Below are positions 59,701 to 64,000 of a stretch of DNA of 64,000 nt, piece after piece (positions within the stretch are counted from its first letter, which is position 1; the number at the start of each line of letters is the position of its first letter). The notes below the pieces were generated by a model. The model did not search any database. It had not been told where the DNA came from and saw only the letters and a list, made by a program, of their open reading frames with translations. Both the position numbers and the translations under genes were made by a program. The stretch covers positions 17,050,001 through 17,114,000 of the forward strand of contig CATNEN010000001.1 in the NCBI GenBank assembly GCA_950097015.1. Reading direction: 5' to 3'. This DNA is from Macrostomum hystrix (lineage: Eukaryota > Animalia > Platyhelminthes).

Positions 59701-61191
59701 TTCTCGATCGCACAGGCTGGCGAGGTGGGCGCTGACGCGGCTAAATCCGTTCTGCACCTCGGCGCAGCTGTCGCAGGGCACGAAGGCTGTCTCGATGGTC
59801 TGGCAGGATTTCACGGAATTTGTTGATGAATGTTTGACATTAGGAAGCTGATCCTTATGGTTGGAGACAAACTTTGCTGCTGCTGCTGTTGCTGCTGCTG
59901 TTGCTGCGGCTGCTGATACTGAGGAAGAACTTGTACTATTCAACTGGTCTCGCTGCTGCTGTCTGAGTTCGTTAAGGCGTGCCTGTGTAAAAATAATAAT
60001 TGCCAGTCTGAAGCCCTGATTAGTAAAAATATATAATAAAGTAAACAAAAGCTATTGCTATTGACCTCAATTAATATTCTATACAATCCTTTAGTGCTCC
60101 AGGTATAATCCCCAAAAATCCTTTCTATTAATCCTACCATAATCCATCCTATAGCCCTACAATAATCTATCCTTAATCCTGCAATAACCCACCCTATAAT
60201 CCTACAATAATCCATCCTATAATCCGACAATAATCCATCATATAACCCTACAATAATCCATCCTTTAATCCTACAATAATCCATCCTATAACCCTACAGT
60301 AATCCATCCTATAATCCGACAATAATCCATCATATAACCCTACAGTAATCCATCCTATAATCCGACAATAACCCATCATATAACCCTACAGTAATCCATC
60401 CTATAATCCGACAATAATTCATCCTATAATCTTAAAAATCTATCATATAACCTTACAGTAATCCATCCTTTAATCCTACAATAATCCATCCTATAATCCG
60501 ACAATAATCCATCCTATAATCCGACAATAATCCATCCTATAATCTTACAAGTCCATCCTATAACCCTACAGTAATCCATCCTATAACCCTACAAATGAAT
60601 CCAACTAATTCAACAATATAAGATGCCCCACTGATTAACACTTATTAAATGTTTACGTGAAAAACTAACCAACTAAATGTACTTACATCATCAGTCAGCT
60701 GTCTAACCAGCAGAGCCATCTGACCCATGCGATTCCAAAACTTCTTAGCAACCAGACCTAAACTGCTGCCAGCATGGGTCTGGGTGGACTGCTGGCCTGA
60801 ACCCTCGGCCGGCAGGTGGGTCATGATGAACTGCGACAATACCTGCAGCATCAGGTTGTACCTGTAAAATTAAGATTATAGAACTGAAATCGATCCGTTT
60901 AAAATGCTACATAAAATGAATTTGATGGTTACGTTTAACTTACCTGTCGATAATTAGCTCTAAAAGTACAATGTGGGACACTTGATTGGCTTCCGGCTCG
61001 TCTATGCAAAATGCGTATTGCTGCAGCAGGTAGGGCACGTCAAGGTCGCAAGCTTTTTTATCTGGAAATTTCCACGACATAACGGGAACAGGGCCCGCTT
61101 TGGCTATGAGTTCCTGCAGGATGCCATGCAAATCTCGCGCGTCACTTGAAAGACTTTTCAGGCAGTATTCGCTGCCTAGGAGATGGGCCAT
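53727..61191 (-). CDS. CCDC157: Coiled-coil domain-containing protein 157. Exons 61191-60944, 60861-60687, 59982-59551, 59040-58740, 58305-57947, 57191-57023, 55204-54877, 54147-53727
   Basis: N-terminus MAHLLGS..AGPV..SWKFPDKKACDLD..SHIVLLELIIDR matches CCDC157. Also SCQTIETAFVPCDSCAEVQ, coiled coils and YPDLNGP..DMQQQVSANETRIRLL. Phases agree. Confidence 0.88.
54180..54830. repeat. 27-bp minisatellite (TTGGGATTCCCCAGAAAATCAAAGAAC)
   Basis: Tandem units filling CCDC157 intron 7. Confidence 0.9.
55535..56805. repeat. 30-bp minisatellite with palindromic core ACTAGATCTAGT
   Basis: ATGCCATCTAATTCTACTAGATCTAGTCTC units. Confidence 0.92.
57340..57920. repeat. 15-bp minisatellite (AATCTCACCCTCTCT)
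   Basis: Tandem units of the 36457/39260 family. Confidence 0.88.
59393..59544 (+). mobile_element. SINE family 1, 3' fragment D
   Basis: CTGACGATGAGAAAGTCAGGGCA...GCCCGCAGCCCTCCTGC followed by an (ATT)n tail. Confidence 0.8.
60130..60595. repeat. 23-bp minisatellite (TAATCCATCCTATAATCCGACAA)
   Basis: Visible tandem units. Confidence 0.85.
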
Positions 61192-63140
61192 GCTTAGCGC
61201 TGCAAAATAATTCGTTTCGTTAAGACTAAGGAGGACATCATTTTATTCGAACTATCAAAACCTTGCTTTAGGATTAAAAAACAATTACAGTCCTTAACAA
61301 CCTGTATTATCTATAAATAATTATTCACATTTTTCTGTAAGAAAACGTGTCAAACGAGATCGTGTTTTAAGCATCGAGATAATATAAAAAAATCATTGTT
61401 TTAATGACAAATTTTTTTATACATTTCTCGTGGTCATTCTAAAATCATAAAATTAAATGCGTTACGTTCACCATGAGTAAGAACACTTTTACGTTCCCAG
61501 CAATGCTTTAATACATAAAAAATTATAGACTCGTGAAACCAGTTCTTCTGACTTTTCTAGTCGCTTTTCGAGTTTCTTTTCTAGTTTATTTATTAAGCAA
61601 AATATTTCTGGGGAAATCTAGTTTGCCTGTTCGCCCAAAAAGTTATTTCTACAAAAACATACATTGAAAGAAATCACAACAAAAACGTATCGCACATAAC
61701 TTCATCGAAACACTTTACTGTATTTGAAAATATAGTATGAAGCCTTTAGAAATGCATGATGATAATACGCTTTCTGTTTATCTAGTTACAAAGTCACAAA
61801 GTTTCTAATAAAAACGGTTATTATATATAAATTCGAGATGTTAAATACTTATCGTAGTAATCTCACCGAATTTATCATTTATAAGATTCTCTGTTACTTA
61901 AAATCCATGATAGTTAAAGCACTGAAAGTAAAACGATACAAAAACGACTGAATTACTAGACGAAATAAAAGTGTAGATAAATACGTCGTATTACGTGCGG
62001 GATTTAAAAATTGTGTGGAATTTTGCAAGTCAAACACGTGCACCGCGTCCTACTACAAATATTATAACAAGAGAGAACAGTTAAAAAATTTTAAATGGGT
62101 AACTTCAAATAAATTAGCCTCCTTCTTTATGAAAATTATTTAATATACGGATCAAAGTATTGCTAACTAATTTACGAGTTTTATTTGTACTTCCTATATG
62201 CATAATTTGAAAATTAGAAATATTATCAGGTTTTCCTAGTTAAAACTACTGAACCTGTCATATTATAATTAGGATTGAGGTTTTCTTTATATGCGCTTAT
62301 AAAGAAGGCAACAGATTAATTCACGATGGTGAAACTCCATCTTTCATCACTTTTGGCTCTAATTCTGCTAACTGTTCGATTCGGTGAGTACTGTAAATTA
62401 TATATAATCAATCCATATTTATTAAAACTCTAATCATAAGTTTTAAAGGGTGAGTGCCATGACTCAAAGAAAAAGTAAGATTAGAAATTTACATATTATC
62501 CATGCAATCGTGAAACAAAAAGATGCGATGCTTTCACTTATTCCAATATTTTTTGCCAATTGACTGCCCAGTCTCCTCCCAACCAAATCTCTGTTTGTGT
62601 TTGTGGACCAATTTTGTTGTAAATTTAAATTCCAGCACCGATTATTTACCGATTATTATATTCTGTGCCAATAACTGATAGGCGCTACAGTACTAAAGCA
62701 ATATTGCTGCTTATCAGATAAGCAGACTAGACAGATAAGCTCCTTACTCCTGCATCTTCTATATTAATACAATTATGTTTATTGAAGTATAAGTAAAACA
62801 ATAAAAATGAAATTCAAACAATCTCTTCATTATAATTATGAAAAAATGTGAAGAATATATCGGTCTAATCTTTCATGCTGATAAGCAGGCCATATTGTCA
62901 CCGTATTGTAGGCCTAGCAATAGTTTGCAAGTAATTGGCATAGTACCAATAAGAAAGAATGTGAATAAAAATAATTTAGTTGTTTTATAATTTAACTTAT
63001 GCCTAATCAATAGATCTGTCATAAATAACCAGTTTTATGTTTTCTTATCTTGTTATCTTATTGCATTAATTATCTGTGTATAATCTTTATAACAAAAATA
63101 ATTTGTCCTAAAATTCACATTTAGCCTAGACAACCATTAA

Positions 63141-63573
63141 GGTACCTAGACACTTCGTCATCTTACAACTTCATCCAGATGACGATCTTTCCAATATCTC
63201 AGAGGGTGGATGACGAAGAGACTTAGACTTGTGGACACTTCGTCATCTATAAACTAAAGGTTTCAAAGTTAGAACAGAACCACCCCTCCCCACCTCCTCA
63301 CATCCTGTTGGCACCTATCTTTTCAACTCTTATAATGAAATCAGTTTTGACACCTCTTTTTGACAATTTAGAGTGTGAAGTGTGTTCACACCTCTGCCCC
63401 ACCACCCCACCCTCACTTTATTGATGACAAACTTGATTGCTTGTTATTAGTAGATGATTATTAGTAGATGACAAACTGACCAAACTTTTAAGCATGCCAA
63501 TTGGCTGGATGACGAAGTGTCCTACCTTACAAGTGGATGACGAAGTTGTAAGATGACGAAGTATCTAGGATCC
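63141..63573. mobile_element. MITE with ~32-bp imperfect TIRs (possibly Mutator-like)
   Basis: GGTACCTAGACACTTCGTCATCTTACAACTTC ... GAAGTTGTAAGATGACGAAGTATCTAGGATCC, 8-bp TSD ACCATTAA, internal repeats of ACTTCGTCATC. Confidence 0.8.
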
Positions 63574-64000
63574 ACCATTAAAGATTAGATAAAGATTTTT
63601 ATTACTTCAAGAACTTATCTTCATTTTATTTTTTTTGTTAATAACATTTTTGATAAGCAATGAAATCTATTTACATTTTTTCAAAAAATGAAATGGTATA
63701 TGTAGGTTTTTTAGCAATTCAACAGAAAAAACAAGCAGATAAATTCAGCGCATGTGCACAGGAAATTATCCTTATGTGCAGTGTAATATTTTGTACAGGA
63801 TTTGGAAAATGTTTAGAAATAATATTATTTTCTTATTATATAAAAAATAACATAACTATGTTATGGTAAATTGAATTGGTAAAAATATGTATGATACATA
63901 AACATTAAGCAATTAAGATTTGTATGAGTTAAGTGTATGCACTATATACAGAAGGTCAAAAATAAATGTAAACTTAACTTATTTATGTCATGAAATGGCT

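Overview
Eukaryotic (animal) genomic DNA with GC-rich, low-complexity exons and AT-rich introns packed with minisatellites. The style suggests a free-living flatworm such as Macrostomum, but that is inference only. I reconstructed the exons by hand from GT-AG sites and reading phase. Plus strand: a TBC1D30-like Rab-GAP (5' end outside the window), an hnRNP U-like gene (SAP, SPRY, P-loop, RGG), SRP9 and an intronless Rho GTPase with no CAAX motif. Minus strand: two tandem melatonin-receptor-like GPCRs and CCDC157. Mobile elements: two SINE families and three MITEs. About 25 tandem arrays explain most of the ORF track. Main observations: (1) one hnRNPU-like intron holds eight box C/D snoRNA candidates with a shared scaffold but different guides; six form a 161-162 bp tandem array and two match the 5' end of 18S rRNA. 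(2) The two GPCRs share a ~99% identical 781 bp terminal-exon tract although exons 1-3 are clearly diverged, and each terminal exon sits between inverted minisatellite arrays. (3) One intron is almost pure (GTCA)n starting at its own splice donor. (4) Several unrelated minisatellites are built around CAG|GT splice-junction-like units.
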